From positions 38,840,496-38,904,495 of the forward strand of contig NC_083431.1 of NCBI RefSeq assembly GCF_020745735.1: DNA of 64,000 nt, read 5' to 3'. The position numbers and the translations under genes were made by a program. Shown piece after piece: positions 1-13,880 of this stretch. Each line of letters opens with the position of its first letter. Positions within the stretch are counted from its first letter, which is position 1. Below the pieces are notes generated by a model that did not search any database, was not told the DNA's origin, and saw nothing but the letters and a program-made list of their open reading frames with translations. The DNA is from Hemiscyllium ocellatum. Taxonomy: Eukaryota.

Positions 1-560
1 GGGGACACAGGTCCCTTTCCAGTGGAAATGTCACACCGACAGCGACAGGAGGGTCACTGCCAGGTGTTTGCTGTGTGCGGTGTAACCGTAGGGCGGTCAG
101 AGCTTCTGAGAGCCGGCTCCCCCGCTCTGCTGCTCCCCGCCTGGGAGTGTTCCTGCTGGGAGTGGGCTCCAGGATCCCAGCCGCGGCTCGGCTCCGGGCA
201 GCCGGCCTCTGCGCCACCCAGGGAGGGAGCAGCAACCGCCGCCACCCACCGGCCCCCCGGCCAACGCCGGCGGCACCCAGCCTGGATCCACTGCCCGGAT
301 TGCAGGCGCTCACAGTCAGCTTGCGGACACACTCCCCGGAGTTCCGGTGCTGGGGGACCCTCACGGAGCGACCGGCGAAAAACACCGCCATCTTCACCGC
401 CCACCTTGTAGGCGGGGCCCTGGCTTTGACTGACAGGCACGGCAACTAATCACAAGGTTCTATCCTCTAACCGCCGTGACATCCAGCCACTCACCGCCTC
501 CTCACTTCAGCCAATGACAGCGACCGTTCCGTTTCGGAACCGCCCACCGGTTCCTGATTG
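1..560 (-). promoter_or_regulatory. CpG-island promoter / first-exon region of an unidentified gene, probably transcribed leftward
   Basis: Very GC/CpG-rich relative to flanks. YY1 motif CCGCCATCTT 385-394 (AAGATGGCGG on minus), GC box GGCGGGGC 411-418, CCAAT 511-515. Confidence 0.7.
365..391 (-). other. Candidate first coding exon (MAVFFAGRS) of an unidentified gene
   Basis: aagATGGCG with good Kozak context at 391 and a possible donor GTGAGG at 364-359. The frame also stays open to the window edge. Peptide not recognised. Confidence 0.3.
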
Positions 561-1024
561 ACAGTTCCGAGAAATCACTTGTTACTTCAATTCCAGAGAC
601 ATCGAGATAGGGAATACAACACGGAAACAAACTCTTCGGTCCAATTCGTCCGTGCCCACCAGATAACTTAGCCTAATCTAGTCACATTTGGCAGCATTTG
701 GCTCATTATCTCTCTATTCCTTCCTATTCAGATTCCCATCCAGATGCCTTTTAAACATTGTAATTGTACCAGCCTCCACCACATCCTCTGGCAGCTCATT
801 CCATACACACACCACCCTCTGCATGAAAAAGTTGTCCCTTAGGTCCCTTTTAAATCTTTCTATTCTCATCTTAAAACTATGCCCTCTAATCTTGCACTCC
901 CTCGCCCCAGGGAAAACTCCTTGTCTATTTGGTTAAAAACAATGACTGCAGATGCTGGAAACCAGATTCTGGATTAGTGGTGCTGGAAGAGCACAGCAGT
1001 TCAGGCAGCATCCGAGGAGCAGCG

Positions 1025-1062
1025 AAATCGACGTTTTGGGCAAAAGCCCTTCATCAGGAATA
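1025..1062 (-). ncRNA. Minimal type I hammerhead ribozyme motif, degenerate
   Basis: Minus strand reads CTGATGA-AGGGC-TTTT-GCCC-AAAA-CGTC; core GAAA is mutated to AAAA. Confidence 0.65.
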
Positions 1063-1695
1063 AAGGCAGTGAGCCTGAAGCGTGGAGAGATAAGCTCGGG
1101 GAGGGTGGGAGTGGGGAGAGGGTAGCATAGAGTACAATGGGTGAGTGGGGGAGGAGATGAAGGTGGTAGGTCAGGGAGGAGAGGGTGGAGTGGATAGGTG
1201 GAAAAGGAGCTAGGCAGGTCGGACAAGTCCGGACAAGTCATGGGGACAGTGCTGAGCTGGAGGTTTGAAACTAGGATGAGGTGGGGGAAGGGGAAATGAC
1301 GAAGCTGTTGAAGTCCACATTGATGCCCTGGGGTTGAAGTGTTCCGAGGCGGAAGATGAGGCATTCTTCCTCCAGGCATCTGGTGGTGAGGGAGCAGCGG
1401 TGAAGGAGGCCCAGGACCTCCAAGCCCTCGGCAGAGTGGGAGGGGGAGTTGAAATGTTGGGCCACGGGACGGTGTGGGTTGATTGGTGCGGGTGTCTCGG
1501 AGATGTTCCCTAAAGCACTCTGCTAGGATGCGCCCAGTCTCCCCAATGTAGAGGAGACTGCATCGGGAGCAATGGAATATCCCTGACCTATCACCTTCAT
1601 CTCCTCCCCCTCTCACCTATTGTACTCTATGCTACTCTCTCCCCACCCCCACCCTCTCCTAGCTTATCTCTCCATGCTTCAGGCTCACTGCCTTT

Positions 1696-1733
1696 ATTCC
1701 TGATGAAGGGCTTTTGCCCAAAACATCGATTTC
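1696..1733 (+). ncRNA. Minimal type I hammerhead ribozyme motif, degenerate
   Basis: CTGATGA-AGGGC-TTTT-GCCC-AAAA-CATC. Confidence 0.6.
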
Positions 1734-3220
1734 GCTGTTCGTTGGAAGTTGCCTGAACTGCTGTGCTCTTCCAGCACCACTGATCCAGATCCTTGTCTAT
1801 TTACCCTGTCCGTGCCCTTCATGATTTTATTAACCTCTATTAGGGCACCCCTTAGCCTCAGACACTCCAGGGAAAACAGTCCCACTCTGTTCAGTCTCTC
1901 CCTATAGCTCAAACCCTCTGACCCTGTCAAAAGACCAACATCCAAGTCTGATTCCTCTATAAGTTTTAGGCAATATTGTTGAAGGAAAACTAATTTGTTA
2001 TTTTCCATTAATTTGCGAGAGAAATACATGTGCATGCATTATGTTCCCAAGATGGTTGATTTTAATCATAAACATCAAATTTACAAATAACAGCAAGTGT
2101 TGGGGGCCACTGAGCAGATCTGCAGTGAAAATTATTAATATTGCAAGTGGATTGACTTGGTTAGAAATATTTACAAACTTAGTTTTCCATAAGAAAATAT
2201 TCTTTGTTTTTACACAAGAATGCACTTTTGATGAGGAGTCATAGGTCTATAACATCAGTGGTGGATGAAAATTTGGAAAAAAAAACTAAGGGAAAAAAAT
2301 ATTCTCCACTTGGATGGGCAAGGATTAATAATGGATACCAGCATGGCTTATCAGGGGGAGATCATATCTGACAGGTTTGATTGAGTTTTTCAAGGAGGTG
2401 ACTTCATGTACAGATGATGATAGTAAGGCTTTTGTCAAGTAAAACAAAGAACTGTAGATGCTGGAGATTTGTTTATCAACAGAAATTGCTGGAGAACCAA
2501 AACAAAAGCAGAATTTTTGGATAAGCATCTCTAGCAATTTCTGTTTTCGGCTTTTGACAAGGCTAAGTGGATTGACCATGCTAAATTGTCCACAGTATCC
2601 ACAGATGTGCAAGCTATGTGCACCATGGTAAATGCAGGATTATTGAGACAGGGTGAGGGCCTGGATCTGGGAGGGTCAGTGTAGACTTGATGGGCTAAAT
2701 GGCCTCTTCCCCCAATCTCGTGATTCTATGATTTTAGGTCTTGCATGGCGGGCTGGTAAAGATGCTAAAAGTCCATGGAATCTGGGGTAACATGGCAAAT
2801 TGTATCCAAAATTGGCTTAGTGGCAGGTGCAGAGCTCAAAAGCTATTTCTGTGACTGGAAACCTGTGTCTAATGGTGTACCAAGGATTCCTTGCTGAGTT
2901 CCATGCTACAATGTACATTAATGATCGAGATATGAACATAGGTGGTATGATCAATTACTTTTGAATGCAATTGCATAGAGGTTATAATGGAGGTGCATAC
3001 AATGTTATTTGTGCCAAAGCTGGAGGTCTATGTGCAGTTCTGGTCAGCAAACTATAGGAAGGATAAAACTGTATCACATAATCTCTACAGCATGGAAGCA
3101 CGCCATTCCACCAATCCAGTCCACACCATCCCTCTGAAGAGTATCCAACCCAGACCTAACCTGCTATCCTATCCCTATAACTCTGTATTTCCTATGGCTA
3201 ATCCACCTACCATGCACATT

Positions 3221-3529
3221 TTAGATTAGACTTACAGTGTGGAAACAGGCCCTTCGGCCCAATAAGTCCACACCGACCCGCCGAAGCGCAACCCACCCAT
3301 ACCCCTACATTTATCCCTTACCTAACATTACGGGCAATTTAGCATGGCCAATTCACCTGACCCGCACATCTTTGTGACTGTGGGAGGAAACCGGAGCACC
3401 CGGAGGAAACCCACGCAGACACGGGGAGAACGTGCAAACTCCACAGTCAGTCGCCTGAGTCGGGAATTGAACCCGGGTCTACAGGCGCTGTGAGGCAGCA
3501 GTGCTAACCACTGTGCCACCGTGCCGCCC
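3221..3529 (-). mobile_element. Young full-length tRNA-derived SINE (HE1/V-SINE type), nested in an older SINE (about 3075-3735)
   Basis: Head GGGCGGCACGGTGGCACAGTGGTTAGC, B-box-like GGTTCAATTCC, central V-domain-like core, (TCTAA)n tail. Near-identical to copies at 53236 and 59394. Confidence 0.9.
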
Positions 3530-4479
3530 ACTATTTCTGGACACTATGGGCAATGTATCATGGCCAATCCACCTAATCTGCACATCTCTGGACTGTGGGA
3601 GGAAACCAGTGCACCCAGAGAAAACTCACACAGACATGGGGAGAATGTGCAAACTCCACACAGTCACCCAAAGATGTAATTGACCACTTGTGCTGAGGCA
3701 GCAGTGCTACTGACTAAGCCACTGTACTGCCCCAGAGCAAGTGGAGGAAATTCAGGTTGTTCAGTGGTTTGGAACAATTCAGGTATGAAGAAAGACTAGA
3801 CAGGTTTGAGATGTTTTCCTTAAAGCAGAGAGGGCTGAAGATGGACCTGATTGAAGTGTACGAAGTAATGAGGAGTATAGTGAGTTTAGATATGAAGAAT
3901 CTTTTCCCTTCAGTAGAAAGGTCAGTAACTAGGTAGCACATTTCAAGGTACAGGGCAGAGGTTTAGAGTTCATGTGAGAAAAAGAACTACACCCAAAGGC
4001 CAGTGAGTGTTTGAAATTCACATTTGAAAGGATGATAGAAACAAGGACCACCAAGACATTTAAAAATTATTTGGCTGAGCACATGAAATGCCATAGCATA
4101 AAAGCCAAGTGCTGGAAAATGGTAATGGAATAGATGTTTGTGACGACCGCACAGCAATGATAAGCCAAAAGGCCTTTTTCCAAACTATAAAAATTCAACA
4201 AGCAAACGCGAACTCTGTTCCCCTCCACCGATGCCGACTGACTTGCTGAGCATTCCCAACACTTGTATCTGCTGTACAGTACTTTGTAAAAGTACTCAAC
4301 TTTTCTGAATTGGTTTCCATTTCACTATTTTTTTCTCTCTCTCTCTCTCTGTGAAACTCCTTAAGCCGTGCCATGTTAAAAATGCCCCACCAAAAAGAAG
4401 CATTCTTCATTCATTGCCAAGGACGGACTGGATATTGCCCTGGGCTGGAGTACAGTCTCACCATCACCTTGCAGGAAGG

Positions 4480-4716
<237 letters not shown>

Positions 4717-6319
4717 TGAGCCGCTCTCCGATAAATACTTTTATTGAAGGGGGAAAGACGACGCACGGGCGGGAGCAACGGAATCCGGCTGCGGAAGTGA
4801 CGTGAGGGGCATTTGATTGACGTTATATTCAGCCAGTCAAGAACGACGGAGACCTCCGGTTCCTGTGGTAACCGCGTCTCTGGACTGACGAGGAGCTAAG
4901 GAGGCTAGACTTCCGGTTGTACTGCAGGAGCTGTGTGGGCAGTACCAGTTTGATTCATTTGCTGAAAGTCCTACAGTGAAGTCAAATTAATAGTAGAGCA
5001 GGCCCCGTTCTGGAGCATTATTCTCTTATAGGGGAAGAGCAGGCTGGCTCCTGTTCGGCCACATGACAAATTCCCTCGTCCAGGAGACTTCTTCTTTTAA
5101 AACATAGTTCTAAGTACCCCGTCGTAAATAGCCTCAGTTTTAAATAAGACTAAAGGCCATCAGGTAGTCAACGGAAGTTCTGTGTATCATTTCTCTGAGG
5201 TGTTGGTATAGCACTGTTCAAAGCATGCAGTTAAATTCCATAAGTTCTTGTTCTTGTTACACTGTGGCTTGGAGAATCATCAATGATACAGTGGCTGCAG
5301 TCTCTAAATTACCTACAAGGACAAGTACTGCAGAAGCCTGTGAACATCACCTGCATGTTCCCTTCCATGTCACACACCATCTTGACTTGGAACTTTATGC
5401 TGTTCTTTCACTGTCTTTGGGATAAAATCTCTGAACTCCTAAACAGTTCTATGGGTGTCCATACACCCTCAGGACTCCAGCAGTTACATTACATATTAGA
5501 TTACATTCTCTACAGTGTGGAAACAGGCCCTTCAGCCCAACCAGTCCACACCGACCCTCAGTATCATTTTCTCTAGGACAATAAATGCTCGTCAGTGATG
5601 CCCACATCTCAAAAAAAAACTATGATCTTGTAAATTTTTCCATTTCTTCTCCAAACAAATTAAAAAGGATTTGGTCTCACTGTTGCAATGTATTTTAACT
5701 TACAGTGTATTAGGAATCTAGGCCACCTGTGTTTCAACATAGTTTTTCTCTCTCTGCCTATACTCATCTATCTCTTACAATGGCACCAACTTGTGCTGTT
5801 GCAATCAAGCCTTTTATCTTAAAGTGCCCCAAGCACAGTAGTGCTGTTCTTGTAAAATGTGGGAGGTATTTGCTTTTGGCAGCAACATGGAGGCAAATTT
5901 GTATAAATTCAAACACTTCCTCCTGTTAATTAACTCTGAAGAAAATGCAGTGTAATCAGGCTCAGTTTGTCCTATTCCAGTGCATTGGCTGTGTTTAACA
6001 ACTGAACATAAAGGAAGACATGTTACTGTTGTAAATGCTGAAATTTGAATAGGAGGAGAAAAAGTATAGAGAGAAACAAAAGTGAGCTGCAGGGAAAGAG
6101 CTATTCTCTTTAACCTGTCAAGAGGAATGCTGGAGGCAGCTAGTTCTCTGGAGGAGAGGGAACTGGCAGCAATTTAAGACCTCAGAAAGATGAAACCTGC
6201 TGTGAGCAGTGGGGAAGAAATCATTAGTGTAAGCTATGTTACAGGAAACTGGTTCAAGACATCTTGGAAGACTTGCGTGAAAGAACTGATCATTATAACT
6301 TCAGGAGAAGTGAACCCAT

Positions 6320-6643
6320 TTAAAGATTTATTTTATTATTGTCACATATGCCTGAGTACAGTGAAATGTTTTATTTTGTGTGCCGTACAGGCAGATCATA
6401 TCATGCAAAGTGCATTAGGGTAATAGAACTGACTGAGGAATACAATGTTACGGCTGCAGAAAAGATGTACAAAGAAGGGATCAACATTAAATTTAAAATT
6501 TGTGAGGTCCATTCAGAAGTCTAATAGTAGCAGGGAGGAAGCTGTTTGATCTGTTGGTGTGTGTGTTTAAATCTTCTGCCCAATGTAAAAGTTTGGAAGA
6601 AGTTATAACTGGGGTGGGAGGAGTCTTTGATGATGTTGGCTCA

Positions 6644-6674
<31 letters not shown>

Positions 6675-6850
6675 AGAGAATGAGAGTATAGGTGGAGTTA
6701 GCTTGCATGATGAACAGGATGTGTTCACAACTCTCTGTAGTTTCTTATGGTCCTGGACAGAGCAGTTGCCGTACCAAGCTGTGATGCATCTGATAGAATG
6801 CTTTCTATGGTGCATCTAAAAAAATTGCTAAGAGTCTTCATGGACATGCC
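6320..6850 (-). mobile_element. Rex1/Babar-like LINE 3' fragment containing a (CT)n tract
   Basis: Minus strand encodes a degenerate RCTIESIL...ITAWYGNCS RT C-terminus and ends in a TTTCACTGTAC...GTGACAATAA-type terminus. Confidence 0.65.
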
Positions 6851-6992
6851 TGTCTCTGTTCTATAAAGATTGTAATTTGAAGAGTGTTATATCAAGTAAA
6901 AATGCAGCAGTTGGTTAAGAAACTAATAAAGGATATCTTTTTCTGCTGTATATTAATATGAATAACAATCAATTGTATTTAGTTTATATAAA

Positions 6993-9480
6993 AGAGTACT
7001 GCAGGTGCTGGAAATCTGAAATTAAAAAAAAGTGTGCTGAAGAAACTGAACAGGTTTGGCAGCATCTTTGAAGTGAGAAATGTTTTGAGTTCAGTCTGAC
7101 TTCTTCTGAACAGAAAGGAGCTGGAAAATCATGGCTTTATGGCTCATGAAGGGGGTGGAGGGAGCAAGTGAAACAGCTGGTGAATTTGCTCCAAAGCAGA
7201 AGATCATGGCAATGATAAAGGTGCTAGAGTTGCAAAATAGGAGTGAATGTTAGCTGTGAAATGAAAAATAATTAGTCCACTTAGGTGAGAATTTGTATTT
7301 ATTAGTTCCAGGAATTGATTGACACAGTGATTAGCACTGCTGCCTCACAGTGCCAGAACCTTGGTTTGATTCTAACCTTGGGCAACTGTCTATGTGGAGT
7401 TTGTACATTTTCTGTGTCTGCACCAGTTTCCACTAGGTACTCTGGTTTCCTCCCACAGTCCAAAGATGTGCATTGGCTATGCTAAAAGTACCCAGTAGTT
7501 ACTAGGGATGTGCAGTGTAGGTGGATTAAGTTTATTTCTGAAATTGTTAAACACAATATTGTGTCCTGAAGACCATAAGCTCCCTAGGCAGAAGATGAGG
7601 TTTGTTTCTGCAGCTTGTGTTGAGCCTCACTGAAGCATTGCAGCAGGCCTGAGACAGAAATGTTGACCAGGGAACACGATGCTCTGTTGAAGTGGAAGAC
7701 ATCAGGGTCACTTTAAGAGATTGAGCATAAGTGTTCAGCAATGCAGTTTCCTAGTCTGTATTTTGTCTCCCCAGTATAGAATAGACCAGATTGTGAGCAG
7801 ATTGAATGAAGTTCAGTTAAATTGCTGTTTTCCTGGAATGTGTGTCTGGGGCATTGAAGAGTAAGGAGGAGGAGATAAATGGGCAAGCATTGTAAGGCAA
7901 GGTGGAGTTGGGGATGTAGGGAGGTGTTGGGAGTGGACCAAAGTGTCATGAAGGAAACGGTCCCTCCGGAATGCTGACAAGGGTAGGGAGGGAAATACTT
8001 GTCTGGTGCAGGCATTGTGCTGGAGTGGAAATGGTGGCTTATGGTCTTTGTATGAGCAGGCTGATGAGGTGTAAAGTGAAGAGAAAGGGAAACCTTATCT
8101 TTGTTGTGTGACAGGAGGAAAGGGATGAGGGCACAAGTATGGGAAATGGGTTGGTCCTGTCAACCCATGGTGGGGGTTGTTTGGGGGTTGGGGTCCTTGG
8201 GCTGAGGAAAATAGTAGACATTTATGAGACCCCTCCCCTGCAGAAGGTGGCGTCATCAGAACAGATGTGACAGAGAAGAAGAAACTTGTAGAATGGAATG
8301 GTGTCCTGACAGAAAGCAGGGTATAATCAAGGTAACTGTGGGAGTCAGTGAGTCTATAATAGATATTGGTGACCAGGCTATCCCTGGAAATGGAAACCGA
8401 GATGAACCAGTGTGGAATTTGGGTGCAAAATTAATCATTTCTTTCCTCCAATTCTAAATGATAGAGAGAAACTGCATCAATTATGTCATTGATGTACTAG
8501 AGGATGAGTTGTGGGGAGTGATAGGCAGAATTGGGTACCCATACCTTTGACCTGAACAAGTGAGAGGAGTTAAAGGAGAAGTTGTAAAAGTGAGATGAGC
8601 TTGGTCAGGTGGCGGGTAGTACTGGTGTTGGGTACAGTTCAGGCCTTTTCTCAAGGAAGAAGCAATGAACCCTCAGACGAAATTGCTGGGGAATAGTGTA
8701 GACAGCTTGAATGTGCATGGTGAAGGGCAGATATCTGGAGCCGAGAACAATTCTTTGAAACTGACGTGAAGTATCCAACGAGTTATGGACGTAGGTGGGA
8801 AGGGACCAGACACGGGGAGTTAAAAAGTTGAGTCAAGGTAGGAAGACATAAGTTCTGTGGGGCAGGAACAGGGTTCACCAGGGCAGTTCTGTTTGTGGAT
8901 TTTGAGAAGTAGGTAGAAGCAACTGTGGAGTGGGGGAGCTATGAGGTGTGATGCTGTTGGGAGAAAATCCCCATATGAGATGAGATCAGTGACTGGAATG
9001 GATTAGTGGGTCATAGTCTGAGGGAGATAGAGGAGGCATTCTAGAGTTGATGCTCAGCCTCCACAAGGTAGAGGTTAGTATGCCAGACAAGAACAGTCCT
9101 ATCCTTGTCAACCGGTTTGAATTTAAAAGTCCGGGTTGGATCTGAGAGCAAAGAGAACTGTGAGTTCAGAGGGCAACCGATGTCACGTTGACTGTTTTCA
9201 ATGAACAGATGAAAGGCCAGATGGAGAGGTTGAAAGGGAGGAGAGTTTTGGAGGCAGATGAAGGAGTCTGTGGGTTGGGGAGAGGATTCCTGCTTAAGGA
9301 AACGGTCCTGCAAATAATGGTGATGGAAGAAGATTTTGATGTCAGGCTGGATCTGAAATTCGTTAAGGTTGGGACACAAGGGATAAAACTAAATTCTTTG
9401 CTGATACAGCAATGGAGAGTGGAATATCAGAAGGTGTGGTAAATACCAGATAAGAGTTAGAGGTCAGAGGTCAGAGGGTT
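6993..9480 (-). mobile_element. Old, degenerate near-full-length Penelope-like element (with a SINE inserted at about 7320-7530)
   Basis: GIY-YIG remnant GLFYTGETKYRLGNCIAEHL (7713..8015), RT N-terminal KPVDKDRTVLVW (9041..9379), pLTR-like end near 7000. Confidence 0.75.
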
Positions 9481-9484
9481 TAGG

Positions 9485-9798
9485 TCAGTGCAGTGCTTCA
9501 GTGGTTAGCATTGCTGCTTCATAGTTCCAGGGACCTGGATTTGATTCGGGCCTTGAACAACTGTCTGTGTGGAGTTTCCTCCAGGGACTCTGGTTTCCAC
9601 CTCCAGAGATGTACAGGTTAGGTGAATTGAGCATGGAAAATTGCCCATAGTGTCCTGGGATGTGCAGGTTAGATGGTTTGGTGGTGGGAAATGAAGTTAC
9701 ATGGTTGGGGGTGGGTCTCAATGGAATGCTCATCAAGGAGTGGTGTGGACTTCATGGGCCAAATGGCCTGTTTCCACAGTGTAGGGAATTCTGTTATG
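9485..9798 (+). mobile_element. HE1/V-SINE-type SINE, diverged
   Basis: Same head, core and tail as the young copies, with many substitutions. Confidence 0.8.
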
Positions 9799-12049
9799 AG
9801 GAAGGGATAGAGTTGAAGGGAATGGGAGGGGAGGACGCTTTCAAAGCGGCATGTGTATCAATGAATTGCTGCAATTTGCATTCCTTAATACCTGAGCAGA
9901 GAAAAAGTTTCTTGTTAAAATGCTGAATGAGCTAAAGAATGCAGTGAAACTCGGGGACTGAGATAACATAAGTTGGTGAGGATGGAGAGAGAGGTCAAGA
10001 TTTTATATGTGGCAGCACATGGCACTGAACGTGGATATCAGGATGTACTGAGAACAGCTGTCTGAGGAGCATTGTGCATCAGAGATACCTCGGATGGAAG
10101 TATTTGGAATCCATGTGCTGTAAGTCTGATCCTGAGGCAGTCACTGAGGAACGAATTATGGCTATATAAGAGAGTTTTGGTGAAAACCTTTATCAATCAG
10201 GAGGATCAAATACAGATTTCTAGCTTCCACAGTTCTTTGTTTTTAATAAACTTATTCAAATTGCTATCTTCCCAGTAAAACAATGAATTCACTTTTTTAG
10301 ACAATAACAAGAGTATCTGTAGTGAATCTGTTTAAAGCCTCAGAGACGGGCTAGGAATGTCAGGATTTATAAATTGTTATATTTTAAACAGTCACTTATT
10401 TCCGATATGGAATGGAGTTGATTGTCTAAATGTTATCAATTAGCATTTCTTCCAGGATTTAAAGCCCATATGATTTTACTTTACCATGGAGATAGGCTTT
10501 GGGAAAGGAGAAGTCAATAGGAAACCATTATAGGATCGGGTTGCAGGTTTCCCCAAGAGATTGCCAAACTTTACAGACATAAGGGGATGATAATCGGCCA
10601 TTTACTATTATTCCCTATGTGGAATGCAGGTAACACCTTAGTTTCAGACTGAAAAGACCAAATTCATGAGAGTAAAGAACTGAGAATAGCTTTGGACTGG
10701 TTTCTGGAGGATGAATTAACCCCTTGAAAGACAGAGTAAACTAAAGCTGTGGAGACAGATTTCTGGCTGGTAATTGTTCTGCAATTAATAATGTTATAAT
10801 TAATGCGATAATGTTTAGTTGTTGCAGAGTGATTAAGTTATTTGGCCAATTATCCACAAGCTCAGGCTGGGGATCTGGATTTGATTGAAGTCACACCATT
10901 CACCTAGTGGAATTTCAATTCATTGCAAATGAAAGTACCAAACTATCTTCTGTCATAAAAACCCATGTAGTTCACTAATGTCCTTTAGTGAACCAAATAT
11001 GCCATCTTGCCTGGTTAGGCCTACATGTGACTTCAGATCCATAGCTCTGCTTGCTTTATGAAATGGCTGAGCAAACCACTCAGTTTAAAGACAATTAGGA
11101 ATAGTTAACTATCCAGTGAGGGAACTGCTGCCCTACTCAGTGACACCCACATTCAGGGAAAGACTAAGCACAGCTCTGTCACCAATAGTGTTAGGATCAC
11201 TTTGAGGTGATATATTAAGAGCATCACATAAAGCTCTTCAAAAACAAATATGTCATGGAACCTTTTATATCCAGGTGACCAGGAAAACGTTTTCCTCTTG
11301 AATTTGTTTTCCCTTTGCCAATGTACTTAACCACCTGCTTAGACTATATGCATAATACTAAATTAGAGCTTGAATCCTTGATTTTATAAATCAAATAAAA
11401 ATGGTTTCACTGAATCAAACTGATACAAAGTGTTCTATTCAGGTTTAACAATGTAGAAATAAGGTAGGCCATTTAGCTCCCTACTTTGTTCTTTCATTCT
11501 ATGAGATTGTGGCTGACCTGCAACCTGCTCCTTATAGCTGTCTCTGCCCCATACTCCTTAATTAATACCATGGACTTAATTTATTAATCTCAGTTATAAA
11601 ATTAGCAATTGAATTAACATTAATTGCAGTTTCTGGTGGTGAATTTCAGACTTCCATCAATCTTTGCATAAAGAAATGTCTGATTTAATTGCTGAAATGT
11701 TTGTCTCTAATATTTAGATCGTGTTCCCTATTCTGAGGTTTCTCAGTGAGTGGAAATGGGGTACATCGGCAGAAACTATCTGTACTTCTAGTGTACTAAA
11801 TTTCAATCAAATCACCCTTCTAAATTTCAGAAAAACAATCACAGGTTGTTTAATCTCTCCTCAGCTAAATTCAATTATTATTCTGGTAAACCTATACTTG
11901 ATCTAGTCTGAGGCCAGTAAATCCTTCTGAAGGTGTGGTGCTCAAAATCTACAACCATTAGTATTCCAGGAATTTAACCAGGGTTTTGTATAGCTGAAGC
12001 ATGATTTCTTCTTCCTTGTATTCTACTCCAATATATATCTGCAATATAT

Positions 12050-13880
12050 TTTTAATTCTCTCATGGGGCATATATGTTGATGGCTGGCCAGTATTTACTG
12101 CCCGTGTGTAGTTGTTCTTGAGAAGGTAATGTTGAGTTGTCTTCTTGAACTGCTGTAATTCATGTCTGTTGGTTGAACCACAATACCATTAGGGAAGAAA
12201 TTTCAGGATTTTAACCCAGTGACAGTGAAGGAATAGGGATGTATTTCCAAGTCAGGATGGTGAGTGACTTGGAGGGGAACTGGCAGGTGATGCTGTTCCC
12301 ATGTATCTGTTGCCTTTGTAATTCTGAATGGAAATGGTCGTGGGTTTGGAAGGTGCTGTCTGATGACCTTGGGTAAATTTCTGCAGTGCATTTGTTGCTG
12401 AGCATTGCTGGTGGAGATTGTAGATGATTAGCATGACACCCACAATCAAGCGGATTACTTTTTCCAGGATGGTGTCAAGTTTCTGAGTGTTGTTGGAGCA
12501 ACACACATCCAGGCAAAGTGGGGAGTATTCCTTCATAGTCTTGATAAATGGGTCTGAGTGGTTTATGCTTCAGGGGGTCAGTGTGGACTTGTTGGGCCTT
12601 TTGGTCTGTTTAGACACTGTAGGGATTCTATGTAGATGGTAGACAGGCTTTGGGGTGTCAGGAGGTGAAGTTACTCTCTGCAGTATTCCTCGCCCTTGAC
12701 CTGCTCTTGCAGTCACTGTATTTATATAACAAGTCCAGTTGAGTTTCTGGTCAATGGGAACCAGACGTTGATAATGGGGGATTCAGTAATGGTAATGCCA
12801 TGGAGTGTCAATAAACAGTGGTTAGTTTGTCTTTTATTGGAGGTGGCCATTGTCTGGTATGAGAGGTGTGAATGTTACTTGCCACTGATCAGCCCAAGCC
12901 TGGATATTATCCGTATTTTTTGCATTTGAACATGGACTACTTCAGTATCTGAGGAGTTACAAATGGTGCTGACGACTGTGCAATTGTTGATGAACATCCC
13001 CACGTTTGACCTTGTGATGAAGGGAAGATCTTTGAGGCATCTCAAAATGGTTAGGCCTAGGCCACTAACCTGAGGATCTCCTACAAAGATGTTGTGGAGT
13101 TGAGATTATTGACCTCCAAAATCTGCAACCACCTTCCTATGTGTCAGGAATGACCCGATCCAATTAAGAGTTTTCCCTTGTTTCCTATTGATTCGGTTTT
13201 GCTGAGGCTTTTGATACCATATTTAGTTGAATGCAGCCTTGATATCCAGGACTGTTACTCTCACCTCATCTCTGGAATTCAGCTCTTTTATTTGATCCAA
13301 GATTATAATGAAGTCAGGAGCTGAATGGCCCTGGCAGAACCCAAAGTTGGTTCCGGTGACTGTTTGTGTGAGATTTGCATATTCTCCCCATGTCTGTGTG
13401 GGTTTCCTCTGGGTGCTCTAGTTTCCTTCCAAAATCCAAAGATGTGCAGGTTAGGTGAATTGACCATGCTAGCTTGCCCATAGTGTTCAGGAATGTGTAG
13501 GTTAGGTGCATGAGTTAAGGGTATATGTGGAGTAATAGGGTAGGGGAATGGGTTTGGGTGGTTTACTCTTTGGGGAAGATCACTGTGAACTTGTTGGGCC
13601 TAATGGCCTGACACTCTAGGGTTCTATGCTTCAATGAGCTGATTATTGCTGCGTACTTGCTGCTTGATGGCATCCTTCATTACTTTTACTGATATTTGAG
13701 AGTAGACTTATAGAGTAACAATTGGCCAGGTTGGATTTGTCCTGCTGTTCTTGTACAGGACATAACTGGGCAATTTTCCACATTGTTGGGGGGATGCCAG
13801 TGTTGTAGCTGTACTGGAACAGCTTGGCTATGGGTGTGGCAAATTCTGCAACACAAATCTTCAATACTGTTGCCATATTT
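12050..13880 (-). mobile_element. CR1/L2-group LINE 3' fragment, with SINE fragments inserted at about 12545-12630 and 13355-13630
   Basis: RT-region peptide VLKICVAEFATPIAKLFQYSYNTGIPPTMWKIA (13643..13876). Related sequence recurs at about 22565-23058. Confidence 0.75.

Larger units (their letters stand above)
931..1789. mobile_element. Penelope-like element, fold-back insertion (3' ORF end + pLTR on minus, inverted pLTR on plus)
   Basis: GIY-YIG peptide LLYIGETGRILAECFREHL (ORF 933..1616). Inverted arms. 13-bp TSD TCCTTGTCTATTT at 918-930 and 1790-1802. Confidence 0.9.
598..1927 (-). mobile_element. CR1-group (HER1-like) LINE 3' fragment, split by a PLE insertion at 931-1789
   Basis: Same 3' end as the copies at 21722, 31265 and 63331. 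RT C-terminal peptide LSYRERLNRVGLFSLE..RLRG in ORF 1694..2035. Confidence 0.8.

Noticed and set aside
22-449. Overlapping 124-129 aa ORFs on both strands
   Set aside because: Expected stop-codon scarcity in a GC-rich island; no recognisable homology.
4885-4905. CTGACGA box as a hammerhead in BCL7B intron 1
   Set aside because: No stem II followed by GAAA.
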